Positions 49,901-62,400 of a stretch of DNA of 64,000 nucleotides are shown piece after piece. Within the stretch, counting starts at the first letter, position 1; every line of letters begins with the position of its first letter. Position numbers and translations under genes: made by a program. This DNA is from Takakia lepidozioides (Eukaryota; Plantae; Bryophyta), in NCBI GenBank assembly GCA_030704615.1, contig CM060732.1, forward strand, positions 38,626,001 to 38,690,000, read 5' to 3'. The notes under the pieces are model-generated. The model was given only the letters and a program-made list of their open reading frames with translations. It had not been told where the DNA came from and did no database searches.

Positions 49901-52900
49901 TGGGGAGGGAGGAGGCGACCTCAAGTGGCCGTGGGGAAGCCAAGGGATTCCTGTCCTCGCTTCCTACACACACGTTGGCATTGAGTTTTCCTCCAACTGT
50001 AATTAGGAAGCACCAATACGAAAAGTGATTCAATCTGGCAAGCGCAAAGCGTTGGGTCTCACTAAATTTTTCCACTGAAGTATAAAAAAACCATGATTTT
50101 CCACGTTATTAGGCCTACCTTGGAGTATGCATTTGCTGTGTGGGTTGATAACTCCAACCAGGCTAAGTCTCCGTCCCTGTCCTCTAGGAAGCCTATTGCC
50201 ATTGGGTGGACTTGATACGGGAGTACATAAATGTCTCTGTGACTAAATGCCGGCCTTGTGACCCTGTGTCTTTGTTTGTTTTGACCTGAAGCGCTTTGCT
50301 TCAGGTAAGGTAGTGCATTGGACTTAGTTGGAGAGTTTGGGGCCTTTCCCTCTTTAGAATATGCCTATGCGGGCCATTCCCTGCAGCTCCCTGGAGTGTG
50401 ATCTCTGAATGGTAACAAGCGGACCCCTACCGCTTGGGGGCAGCCCCTCCGCCCAAATTGGGCAGTCGTATGCTCTGTCTAGCATACTCGGCACTTGGGC
50501 TAGGGTTGGTCCTTGTGCTTAAACTTATAGCCTGCGAATTCTACCAATACATTACCTCTTATCAATAACACACTCCCCAGGGTGATTCCTGGGAATTGGT
50601 TACTTAGGCCAAATCTAGGGCTTCATGTGTAGTTTTTGGGGTGAATCCAGGATGGAAGATGTGTCCTTTAAAACTACATGCTCCAGCTTAGGCTTGGATT
50701 ATATGGCTAATAGTTCCATCTCGAGACTTGATAACAGAGGTACTTTGAAGGTTGCAATGCCCAAAAATGCTACTGATAGAGTCTCACATCAAATCAATCT
50801 CAAAGAAGTTCGTCCCTTGACTGGCTGGAGAGTGGTCTTAGACATTGGTAATTCAATGAGGCGCTCTAGGAAGACAACCAAGGGCAGGGACTTCAACTTG
50901 AAAGTTTCTAACAGGTTTGATGCACTGGATGAGGTTGATCCCAAGCAGCCAGACAGACAAACTGACCATAAGTGTGCTGAGCCTGAGCGTTGTGTGACTG
51001 AAGGATTTGGTACTCTGAATGGTTTACCAATCCTTAAAAGTTTACACAAGACGAGCAAAATCTACACACGGGATAATTGTCCTCCCTTTGAAGAACGGTT
51101 GGCCGTCCAAGAGCAACCATAGGCTACCTAGGACAAACAATTCATATGCAAAGGGCTGGCTTGTGGCTGGGCACTTTCAATTTCTCAGGGCTGACTAACC
51201 AAAGGAAACAACTCCAAGCAGGCAAATGATATTCATATCTGTGCTGGGCAAGAGACATGGGAAACTCCAGACAAACTGGTTGGAGATGTCAATGGTTCTA
51301 AATGGATAGGTAAGATGTGCGCTCTTAAGGCAGCCTCTGCCAAACGTGGTCAAAAAGGGGTTGAATTCTTTGTCCGTGATTTCTTGTGTGACAATGGTGA
51401 AATTATCAACAAGGGTTTGCGGTATGAGCACAGTATCTGGCTGAAAGTGAAATTGAAGGGCGGCGTGAATAAAAAGGACTCATTGTGGGTTGTGTTGACA
51501 TGCCCACAGAGGGGACCCTTAGTGCTGACGCAGACAAAGCTGGACTGTGCTAAGTTCCTCGCCAAAGGTCAGGTGGTCTTATTGGGTGACTTCAATGCCT
51601 GGGTGGGCAAAGGTCTCCATCAGATACCATCGGGCCTTTTGGTGAGGACAAGCTGAATTCTAATGGTAGACGGTTAATAAACTGTCTGGAAGAACTTCAG
51701 CTTTTGACCTTCAATAATAGGTCAAAAGGAGACCAAGTGCAGTGGACTCGTGAGAAAGCCCAAACTGGGGATCATTGTGGATTATATCATAATGGACAAA
51801 AATTTGTTTCCCCAGAGTGCCAGTGTATTGATCAACAGAACTGATATTGGTACCTCTGACCACTTGCTGGTTTGGACTGAGATCAAAAGGTGTTTTCCCA
51901 ACACCAAGAGATCTGTGAAACCTTCGATTCGGAAGTGGCGCATAGAAAAAGTACAAAATGAAGAGGTCAAGGCTGAGTATGTCCAGACCTTGCAAGAGGC
52001 TCTCCCTCATTTTGTCCACTCGCTCCAAGACCTTCAGTCTTGCTCTGGCAATGCAAGAAATGAAGTCGAAAGAGCAGTGGATTCTTGGGAGAGTTTCGTC
52101 TCCTCTGTGGCTGACAAGATCGTTGGGAGGAAACTAATTGTCTGCGGCAGAGCTGTTCATTGGTGGACCAATGAGATCAAACTCAAGATAGCTGAGAGAC
52201 GAGTCCTCTATAAAGATTGTACTCATAAGATGTTGTTTGCCGTAGCCTTGTGGCCATTGTGGCAGTCCTCTATAAAGAGTGCTGCAATTTGAAAACCAAC
52301 AAAGGATTGTGGGCTAGGTACTACAAGATCCGCAAAGATATCATTCAGCTTGTAAGGTCTCAGAAGAAATTATACTGGGACAAGCTATACGGTGAAATAA
52401 ACTCAAACCACCATGGTGGTAATGACATGAGATTCCGGTTGGCCCTTCAACGTTTGTGCAAGCCGAAAAATTGTCAGCAAGTACAAGCGCTGAGGACTAC
52501 TAAGGGTGCAGTAGTGACTTCAATGGCTGACATTGGAAAAACCTTTGAAACCCAGTACAGTATCCTTAGCAGAATTTCTAGGTCTAACAGTGACGAGTCC
52601 TCTGAAGAATGGAAGGACAGTTGGAAAAACTGTTCCTATGATTCAAGACAGCCCTGATGAACTGGAGTACATTTCAAAGGCTTACTTGTTTCCAGTCTGT
52701 GACATGGGGGAGGACATCTTGGATGACCTCAAGGGTCTACCCACTCTCGGCACTAGACTGAAATTTAAACTCACCAGGCCCTTCTGAGGCCTAGTTTTTG
52801 GGCAAATCACACACAGTAGATTGATGCTTGTTTGAAGGGATTTCTAGAGGATATCTGGAAAACCCGGATCAATTTTTTGTATCAAGGTAAGTCTTACCAC

Positions 52901-55900
52901 CAACATCAGCCCCTGACAGAGGTAGGTTCTGTCCCTTTGTGTTCCGCTCAAACTGGGCGCGGGGTCAATGGCCACAAGGCTACGGCAAACAACGTCTTAT
53001 GAGTACATTCTCTAGAATCCATTCACGTGGGATTGCTCAAGGAGTGCATGTCAGCATGCTCCAAAACAGCTAATGTGGCTGCTCGGATTGGGTTTGGCAT
53101 TCCTCCCTTAAGCTCCCAGCGGGATGAATTCAAGGTCAGATGGTGGGGTCAGCTGCAATGTATGACTAATACCAGATATCCTAAGTTAATCGACTCTATA
53201 TCTTGGAAGCAGGAGCACCCTGTCAAACAGGCTAAGTCCCGGGGGAAGATGGTAGAAGAGGATTTCAAGGATCTGAATCTAAGTACAAAGCCCTGTCTGT
53301 TGCCAGGATATTGTCTGATGAAAATGAAGTTAGGCATAATACTTCCCTGAACCTGTTTCCAGTCTGTGACGTGGGTGAGGCCATCATGGATGACCTCAAG
53401 GGTTTATCCACTCTCGGCACTAGACCGAAATTCAACCTCAGGGCCAGTAGCCTACCTTTGAACAGCAAACAGACGCAGAGAGGAAAGGGGGATTGTAAGT
53501 GCCCCTTGTGTGGGCAACCTGAAGACAATATCCACTTCCTGATTCATTGTCCTGGGTACTCTCACCAGAGAGACACCCACTTCAATTCCATCAAGGGAAT
53601 TGTTCCTGTACCTCTGTTACCAACTTGTGTGAAGGGAGTATATCTGGAAAACTTGGATCAATTGCATGTTTCAAGGTAAGTCATACTACCGGTGTCAGCC
53701 CCTGACAAAGGTAGATTTTGTCCCTTTGTGTTCCGCTCAAACTGGGCACGGGGTCAATGGCCACAAGGCTACGGCAAACAATGTCTTATGAGTACATTCT
53801 CTCTCTAGACTAATCAAATTATCAAGGTATCAAGGAAGTCATACTACCAGAGTGAGCCCCTCACAAAGTAGCTTCTGGTCCCTTTTGTTCCGCCCAAACT
53901 GACCGCGGGGTCTATGGCCAAGTGATCTCAAGTGGCAGTGGGGTAGCCAAGAGATCCCGGTCCTCCCTTCCTACACTTACCTGGGCGTTGAGTTTCCTCC
54001 AATTGTAATTGGGATGCACATATCTGGAAAGTTGTTCAAACTGGCAAGGGCAAAGCTCTGGGGCTCACTAGATTTTTCCACTGCAGAGGGGTCAACTCTG
54101 AGGTTAAGAAAATCATGCTTTGTCGCGTTATTAGACCTGCCTTGGAGTACGGATCTGCAATATGGGTTGATAACTCCAACCAGGCTAGGTCTCTAGAATC
54201 CATTCAAGTGGGGGTGCTTAAGGAGTGCATGTCAGCATGCTCCAAAACAGCCAATGTGGCTGTTCGGGGTGAGTTTGGCATCCCGTCCTGAAGTTCCCGA
54301 CGAGATGAATTCAAGGTCAGATGCAACATATGTCCAACACCAGATAATCGACTCTATATCTTGGAAACAGGACCGCCCTGTCGAACAGGCTCAATCCTGG
54401 CAGAAGAGAGTAGAAGAGATTCTCAAGGACCTGGATCTGGATCCGCAAGTCTTGACCCTGCTGGATAAATCTGACTTAGAGGCTGTAGTATCCAAAGCCA
54501 TGTCTGTTGCCATGAGATTGTCTGATGAAAATGAAGTTAGGCAGAAAACTTCCCTAACTTGTTTCCAGTCTGTGACATGGGGGGACATCTTGGATGACCT
54601 CAAGGGTCTACCCACTCTCGGCACTAGACTGAAATTTAAACTCAGGGCAGGAAGCCTACCTTTGAACAGCAAACAGAAGCAGAGAGGAAAGCGAGAGTGC
54701 AATTGCCCGTTGTGTGGGCAACCTGAAGGCAATATTCATTTTCTGATTCACTATCCGGGGTTCTCTCACCAAAGAGACGCTCTCCTCAAATCTATCAAGG
54801 GAATTGTGCCTGTACCTCTGTTTACCAACTTTGAAAGTCTCAAGGCTGAGCCAAAAGCCCAGGCCCTTCTGAGGCCTAGTTTTTGGGCAAATCACACACA
54901 GCAGATTGATGGTTGTGTGAAGGGATTTCTAGAGGATATCTGGAAAACCCGGATCAATTTTTTGTATCAAGGTAAGTCTTACTACCAACGTCAGCCCCTG
55001 ACAGAGGTAGGTTCTGTCCCTTTGTGTTCCGCTCAAACTGGGCGCGGGGTCAATGGCCACAAGGCTACGGCAAACAATGTCTTATGAGTACATTCTCCTC
55101 TTCTCTCTCTCCCCATAGAAATCCATGCCTGACATAAACCTGACACGCAGTGCTCAAAATAGAATAGGGAGTAGACTTGAAAAGGAGCTTGGAGCAGGTT
55201 CAAAATCCTTCAGCTTGTTGAATATCCGAAACATGTATCCAAATATTAGAAACTGCAGTGGTTTCCACTCTGCTGAACCGGCTGACACCATCCAGATGGA
55301 CTGTGTCCACACACCCACACCCCATCCAGCTGGGATCTCTCAAACGGTCCATGAACATCATACATGCAAAAATTTATGCAACTCACACAGTTGAGTCCTA
55401 ATTGTATTTCGAAATGTCATACTTGACTATGAATGATAATCCTATGATTGCTTGGATAAACTTGCCCTAGGTTAATGCATAAGCTTCTACATCTCCTATA
55501 AGCACCTCAATCCCTCAATTGAAGATGAAGAAAGTAGCTTACAAAAAGGACAGAGATGGCCAGATTGATAAGAATGTCCCATTTATTCGAGTGCGCTGCC
55601 CTGCAGCATGCAATCCCCTGATTGCTAAGCAAAAATGAGCTCATTCTGGACAGTGTTGAGTATTGCATGATTATGAGAGGTCGCACAGGGAGACAGAGAT
55701 ATGAAGACTACCACAATCCTATGCACATGTACCCTGTTTAGGGGACAGTAGCAGAGATTTTATTGATCAGGTCACGTGACAGGGGAGACAGTGTACTCTT
55801 ATTTTGTGTAGTGCCAAGGTGCTTTAGGTAGTCCTTGAGTCCCACTTGTTCATCAAAGGCTGTGGAGAAGCTCAGTGTAGTCCCAGCTAGGCTTCAGCTA

Positions 55901-58137
55901 ATCTGGGCCTGCATCTCTCAACTCACTTATCTAGAAAGTCCACCAACATGCCAAGTACAGGGAAGGATCAGGAGACAAATGTGGGGGGTTAGAACTAAAT
56001 TAAACGAGAAAACCTGATGCTGATTCCAACAGGGAAAAAGAGAGATGGACAGTGTAAATGGGACAAGTATGGCCATGAAGAGGAGAACGAGGCACACAAG
56101 AAAGGAGAACTCGTTGTGTACCTTGGGCCCCACGGGAATAGCGCCTGCTTGTCTGCATACTTGATCTCCTTGGACACCTGTGTATCAAAATCTGTCATAG
56201 CTCACTAACATCAACTTTTCGATGATGGCAGTCTAATCCTCTATCAGGACTGAGTCTGTATTAGTCAACATGACACTGAAATGGTGATCACAAACTTATG
56301 ATACAACTGCCAGGCATCTAATTGTCACTGCAATGGGTCTTGGTAACCAAGTCACAAGAAGTTGTTGAGACTTCAGAATTTTCACTCATAGCTTTATACA
56401 GACAGGTTCCCAAGAGCCAACACTCCACCTAAACTAAGAACCTCCAGGCGCAAGTTTCTCAACCAGGAAAAGATACCTCAAAAGAACCATAAGTAAGGCT
56501 CTGTTTGCGGTTGGAGAGTTGTGTCATCATGATCCTGTCATAGGCTCTCTCAAACTGCATACCATCCCACCACCCCGAATCCATAACTGTTAAAACCCCT
56601 TTCTCCCTCGCACAACGGGCATAGTGAGCCATGTACTTGCAGAGCGACGCCAGATATCCAAATAAAGAGTACAAGGACAACACATCCAAGGCCAGAAAGA
56701 AGCTCCTTGCAAGAACAATGTGCCAATCTCTCAGACAACGGATCCCCAAGCGGAAAGAGAAGACTTTGAAAAAAGATTAGAGATAGGAGAAAAGAAACAA
56801 ATAAACCCACAAACGCGACTGCACCCTTGTATCTAAGAGACAATACAACCATCTCCTGACAGAAATGACTAGCTGCTAACAGGAAAATTGGTTAGAGATA
56901 TACAACAGGAAAGGGAGGACATTCACTCACCCGGGCCATAGCAGCCTCATCCCCTTGCCTTGCAGCATCTTTGCATCTCCTGGTATAGACAGCCTTGATA
57001 TTGTCAAATTTGTCCAATGGGCTCACACCCAGAACCTGCGGTTGCTCAAAAGAAGATCCCGACCCACAACATTAAATCCACCAGCAGGTTTACAATCTGG
57101 CATGACAGATACAACCCAGCAACAGAATACCAAAACCAGATCCCTCTCTGTGTATTGCAGCGATCAAAAATCTCCCGTGGAAACAATCCCACAAGCTATG
57201 CCTCTTGAAGGAATGAAATCCTTACCCTACAAGAAATAAGGATAGATCCAAACAATGCCAATATAACCAATAGTACCTTCTCTCAAGTACAAAAGTGACG
57301 GCTGCCATTGCTAAAACTCATTACTGCTGGTCAGTACACACATTAAGACCAAGGGTGATAGAAACCGAGGGTTTATACCTGATATGGACTAAGTTCATCT
57401 GCAGGCTCTCCACCAACAGCCCCCGCACCTGCTGCCCTGCATTCTATTGCATGTCTACTTAATCCCACCCTTTCCTTCCTGCATTCATATGCTTCCAAGT
57501 GTGAGAGTACATTCTAGGCAGGGACAAAAGTTGGTCAAGCATTCTTTCTTGGAACAATGCTCAATTGTCTTTGAAGATGGATCTGCAATAGGTGGCCCCA
57601 CTTACAAGCGCCCAAGTTCGTTTTTAAAATGTGAAGGGAAATCAAAAGGTTTAAGCACAATGGAGCCCCTGCCTAAAAGCTGAACACATAGATCATCAGA
57701 ACAACTGGCTGTGAATAGTGATGAGTCAGTACCAACACTCCCTTGCAAGGGCAATGCCTCTCAGCCTGCTCCTAAACCCCAAACACTGATTGTAACCAGT
57801 AGATCTCAGACCTGACCGACCGAAATTGGTATATAGGAGACATGGCAGAAGCACAACTGAGGAGAGAAATATTACTGCGCACCTCCGTTGTAACACATAA
57901 CATAAGAAGGAAAAGGGTTGGACGGCACTAATGACATTTATGGAAGACCTGAACTTGAGAAAGATGTACAAACCTGCCATATGCGTGCGAGGGCCTAACT
58001 GTGAATGAAAGCCTTGCAGCCCATGCGCTGTACAGATTCCTGGGAGAAGAGATGAACTCCACTTGTCGATGCTTGAAGTCTTGTGAGGCAGCAAGGCGAG
58101 GAACACAAGAATTGAAACTTCGAGCACAGGACGCCAT
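43987..58137 (-). CDS. CJD1: Chloroplast J-like domain protein (CJD1-like, DUF3353)
   Basis: Exons 58137-57974, 57478-57379, 57035-56931, 56554-56477, 56177-56122, 55600-55543, 55300-about 55175, 44954-44862, 44699-44628, 44049-43987. Reads SPYQVLGV..FERAYDRIMM..VSKEIKYADKQ..PWGPR..INLAIS..KPLQF..GKRLLR..SYYR*. The exon 7 donor is unresolved and an extra small 5' exon is possible. Confidence 0.85.
44525..44560 (+). mobile_element. About 35-bp LINE 3' terminus in the last CJD1 intron
   Basis: CCACAAGGCTACAGCAAGCAATGTCTTATGAGTACA. Confidence 0.75.
45684..47040 (+). mobile_element. 5'-truncated LINE copy (RT C-half to 3' end)
   Basis: Starts directly after (CT)n at IPALMFADD; ends TTATGAGTACAT|TCTCTAGACTAG. 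Confidence 0.9.
47053..53800 (+). mobile_element. Long LINE copy with 5' end (47053-50170 plus 53010-53800), interrupted by a nested copy
   Basis: 5' leader, SNQFDAL region, APE, RT. Breaks at CAGGCTAAGTCTC (50170) and resumes at TCTAGAATCCATTC (53011); ends with tail plus TCTAGACTA. Confidence 0.88.
50171..53009 (+). mobile_element. Nested LINE copy with long 5' leader and APE, RT deleted
   Basis: Same 5' start as 47053; jumps from YISKAY to LFPVCDMGED at about 52685; intact 3' terminus. Confidence 0.88.
53815..55112 (+). mobile_element. LINE 3' fragment fused to a further 5'-truncated copy (53921-55112)
   Basis: DLKWQWGSQE...CPLCGQPE..HFLIH...KATANNVL* followed by a TC-rich tail. Confidence 0.88.
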
Positions 58138-61100
58138 AGCTCTTCACACTCGATGAAACCCGCAGACCGCAGACGTCCTTACTCTCAACTGCCTAATTGG
58201 CAGTTTTTGCTTCCCAAAATTCATGAACACGAACATGACCTAAGTACTTCAACACAAATGGCCATAACTTCTGTTCCAGGTCGATCCAACAAATCTGACC
58301 TTTGGAACATGTTTATAACCCTGATCTGGACTAGATCTCAAAATTTCAAGCCATTTCACCGGTGCATTCAGAAGATTATGGGGTTTTAGTGGACCTCGAA
58401 TATTTTTGCTCACTAAGTTTTTCTTGTATGGCTCCCAGAGGATATGTTAGTCAAAAGAATAATTCTGGGCATATACTCATTTCCGTGACATAATTACTGT
58501 CGAATAGTTCGGATTGGATGTCTCTTTGCAAACTTTCAGGATTGGAAGGAAGCACATTTGTCTGGTAGGGATTTTGGTGAATGTAGCTTCATCCGAGGTC
58601 CGCATCAGTTGATTCATGGATTGCGAGCTGTTCTTGTCCCTCAACAAATGTAAATACGAAACAAATAGGGTATATACCACTTTCTGTACTCAACGCACAG
58701 GATTCTTAAGTAAAATTCGAAAGAATAGTTCGCTGTGTGCTGAGGATGGGGCTGTGTGACTATATGGATTCTTTCCGGAGTTAATGTAGATAGGATCTGC
58801 TAAGATTTGTGCAAACCATACAGGTAATGAAGTCTTCTGCGATTAGTCTGACTGTGAATTTGCTTTTCATGCTGATCGCTTTGGAGAAGAATGTTTGCAA
58901 GTGGAAATGATCTTGGGCTAACTTAGACATTCTCCGAAAACTGAGGTTGAAGTTTTGTTTTGCTAATTTTAGCGGGATAGTTTGTTATAACTACCTGTCA
59001 TTTCATGTTCTTCTCTACCTCTTCATGCTCTTCTTCACCTCTTCAAATCCACTCTTCATTTTTCTAATTGATACCTTTTAAATCTAGACAGCTCACGGGG
59101 ATTTTGTGTCCAATACGTCGGTTGTTAAAGGACGGCAGATTGATCGATCGTGGGTACAGTCCTGATCAGATGTTGATACACTTTTGATGTAGAGTCTCAA
59201 TTGTGGCACTACTTTTTTTTCCTGATAAAATATGAGTTGTGCAAGTATCTAGCTACTGAGGTCAAGCATGTTCCAGACGTAGCAATGTGAGCTCAGCTTC
59301 ATTACAGAGTCTCTAAGATATCATGATTGTGAAATGATTAACAAGTTCACTCTACGGACTGCACACTTGAACATGACGACTTTGAATGCGAAGTGGCACC
59401 GATGACAATACTCCACTATTTTCACGTTGGGTATGAATTGCAGATTAGAATCTTTCCTATTTGACAACGAGGAGAGCAGCGGTGTGCAAATTGTGCGGGA
59501 GTAGGCAAAAATGGGGGACAAGACTCCGGATGGCAGAGACGTTGATCTGTTTGAGAAGACAGTCCGCAGAGGGAATCGGCGCTCCAGCTGGGCAGTAAGT
59601 TTTGTAGCTAAACTTAGAACTTGCTAGGTCCATACATCCATTCCTTGTCCATACCTTGTTTATGGTTCATTTCAACACGCTCTTGGATGTGAGCCTTCCA
59701 GCTATCCTGGGAAAATTATAATTCCCAGATAGGCAGCACAGGGAGAACTGGGATCTCTCCCCAGGAAACCTGTGATTGTAAACAGTGAACTTTCTTTTGC
59801 TATGGTATTAGCTGCTGTAGCTTTCCAGGGCAGACGTGGTAGAATCATTTACCTTTTTTGCAAAGCCTTCAGCTTCCATATCTTCAAATCCCCAGATATT
59901 ATGAAGTTTTCAACCCACCGCCAGGGTCATAGTTATGAAGAATGAGAGGACAGCCTGATTTGGAAGATCTCAGGAAATTTTATATGCAACAAACATGGGG
60001 CCCCGAGAGGCAACTTGCCACCACTCTCAAAAGCTCCTCACATTGTCACTACTCTGACAGTATTCTACAAACAAGTTCACAGTAATTGGAGAACGACTAG
60101 AAGTTGGTGTCCTTTCCGGATTTTTTCTTACAGTGAATCAATGTAATAAATGGCTTAAGCACCAAAGTGCTTGGCCAGTAGCTAGCATGAGGGCTCTCCG
60201 TATCTCGTCTTCCCTCCTCCCAAATCTGTCAGGCGTTTCGTTTCACCACTCGCGAAGTATAAAGCTTATTGTAGACAAATATTGGTAGCTAAAATCCTGG
60301 GATTTCTGTTTATCAGAGGAACAAAGATTTCAGCAATGGGTAGAAGCATGGTACGGGCCATCCAAAAGCGGCAACTTGCAGTCCATAAAAAATGGACATA
60401 TGAAGTAGAAAACGCAGCACGCGGGAACGAAGTCGGAAAAAGTTGAATTTATTGTAGCCGTTGATTGTTTTTGTACATCAAGTTATTACCGTCGATTGGA
60501 GGTCGCCTTCATCGGGGGGTGGCTGGAAGATGGCTGGTCGTGTTGGGCTAGACTGAAGCGCGGGGACGACGAGCTGCCATGTATGACGCGCGATGCGCAA
60601 CTAGAAGCTAGCTAGGACGTACGAGTTGATTGGAATTGGGAATGTGAAGAGATTGGGAAGAGATTGGGAATGTTTGATCACAAAAGTTTGCTTACCATTT
60701 TGTAAGATTTTTAGGGTTTAGCTTGTGATTGTTTCATCAACTCTACGCATGCGTGAAGTTCATTTCCATTTCTGTGTTTCTATGGGCGCGCTTGGGTGGT
60801 GGTAGCAGAGGAAGCGGGCGATGCGAGCAGAGCTTATAAAGTGCAACATTGTGTTGCTGCCATAGCAGCAGAGGCACGAGGGTAGAGGAGTAGAGGAGGA
60901 GCTTGGGCGGGGGTGCTCGGGTGTGCCATCGCTGGAAAAGCACTTCATTGTTGCCTGGCTCTACCCTTGGTAAGTTTCGTTCAAGTTCGTGGCCAGTCGA
61001 TTTGGTGTGCGGCATATCTGGAATTAGGTTCCTGCAAGCATGAATGTTTCTGTCGTAGCGCCTGGAAAGAGATGGCAGATTGTCATCCAAATGATGATCA

Positions 61101-61494
61101 TGACTAGTAACTTTCCACTTGAACTCTACAAGTATGAGCCACCGCTGCGATCTTTCACGCCTGATTCTATACTTCTTGCATTGTGCATTTGAACACAGGT
61201 GGTTAATTGCCTTTCTTGAATCTTGACAGTGATGCCTGTTTTGTTTATCATTCTCTATGGTGTGTTCTTTGTTGGGTTGGTATTTCTCCATTTTTTTCCC
61301 TGCCCAGAGAAGGATATACTTACGTCTTGTTAGTGAGTCTAGTTGAGCTAATTTTTGGAGCTACATGCTAGCAATTCATGTTGTAAAACCCTACAAATTT
61401 AGGCTGCACAGTCATTCATACATGACAGTTTGTATGTGACCATTACGGTGAGGGTACCTGCACGATGATTGATCACAAAAGTCTGCTTACTATT

Positions 61495-62400
61495 ACCTTT
61501 GTGAGGGGCTCACTCCAATAGTTGGAGCTACCTTGATATAAACAATTGTTGCATCAATCTGTTGTGTCTGAGCTACCTAGCAATTAGACCCCAACAGGGC
61601 CAGGGCCTTAGGCTCAGAATCGATACTTTGAAAGTTAGTGAACAGAGGTGCAAGCACTATACGGTCCTGAAGAGGGTGGCTCTCTGATGAGAATACCCGG
61701 GACACTGTTTAGAAAATGGGTATTGCCTTCAGCGCGCCCACACATCGAGCATTGACAATCTCCCTTTCCTGTCTGCATGTGTTATTTGTTCAAGAATTGA
61801 CCCCCGCCCTGGGGTTAAATTGTAGTTTAATGCTGAGGATAGGTAGGCCTTTCAGCCTAAGGTTCACCCATGTCACAAACTGGAAACAAGTTCAGGGATG
61901 TTTATTCCTAACTTGTTTTTGTTCAAGCATTATTCATGCTTCGGACGTGGCTTTAGACACTTCAGCCTCCAAGTGAGCTTCATCCAGCAGGGTCAGTTCT
62001 TCCTGCCCAAACTTCAGGTACTTGAAACATCTCCTCTACATTTTTCTGCCATGACTTCAAATTGTTTAACAGGACGGTCTTGCTTCCAAGAAATAGTCTG
62101 TCATCTTAGGGTATCTGGTATTAGGCACTGAAAGCTGAATGGATTTTAAAGTTTTAGGCATGGTTGGAGTTGCTCTCTCACACGGCAATGCCTACTCCAA
62201 GGTAGGCCAACATGGTCGTTGTAACTTCAGTATTAATCCGTCTGCAGTGGAAACATTTGAGTGAGAATATCCAAAGTTTGTATTTAGTTGTTTGACCTGT
62301 TTTGTGTATGTTCATCACAGTTACAACTGGAGGAGAACTCCACAGCAAGATATGTGCTGGAAGGGAGCACACAATTGTGGCATTTAATGATCGTGGGGAG
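61495..62400 (-). mobile_element. Old, degraded copy of the same LINE family
   Basis: Patchy similarity to 3850-4870 (GTCACAAACTGGAAACAAGTTCAGGGA, GGCTTTAGACACT, TGCAGTGGAAA, ACAACTGGAGGAGAACTC). Lies downstream of a GTAAGT donor at about 60969. Confidence 0.7.

Noticed and set aside
50241-50688. Segment missing from the 47053 copy as a spliced intron
   Set aside because: Joining the nearest GT..AG does not reproduce the observed junction (GTATAGG versus CTTAGG).
59511-59600. Short + strand exon MGDKTPDGRDVDLFEKTVRRGNRRSSWA|GTAAGT
   Set aside because: No recognisable family and no downstream exon found.
60743-61291. 182-aa minus-strand ORF and similar short or antisense ORFs in the track
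   Set aside because: No motifs; most are shadows of real genes, TEs or UTR sequence.
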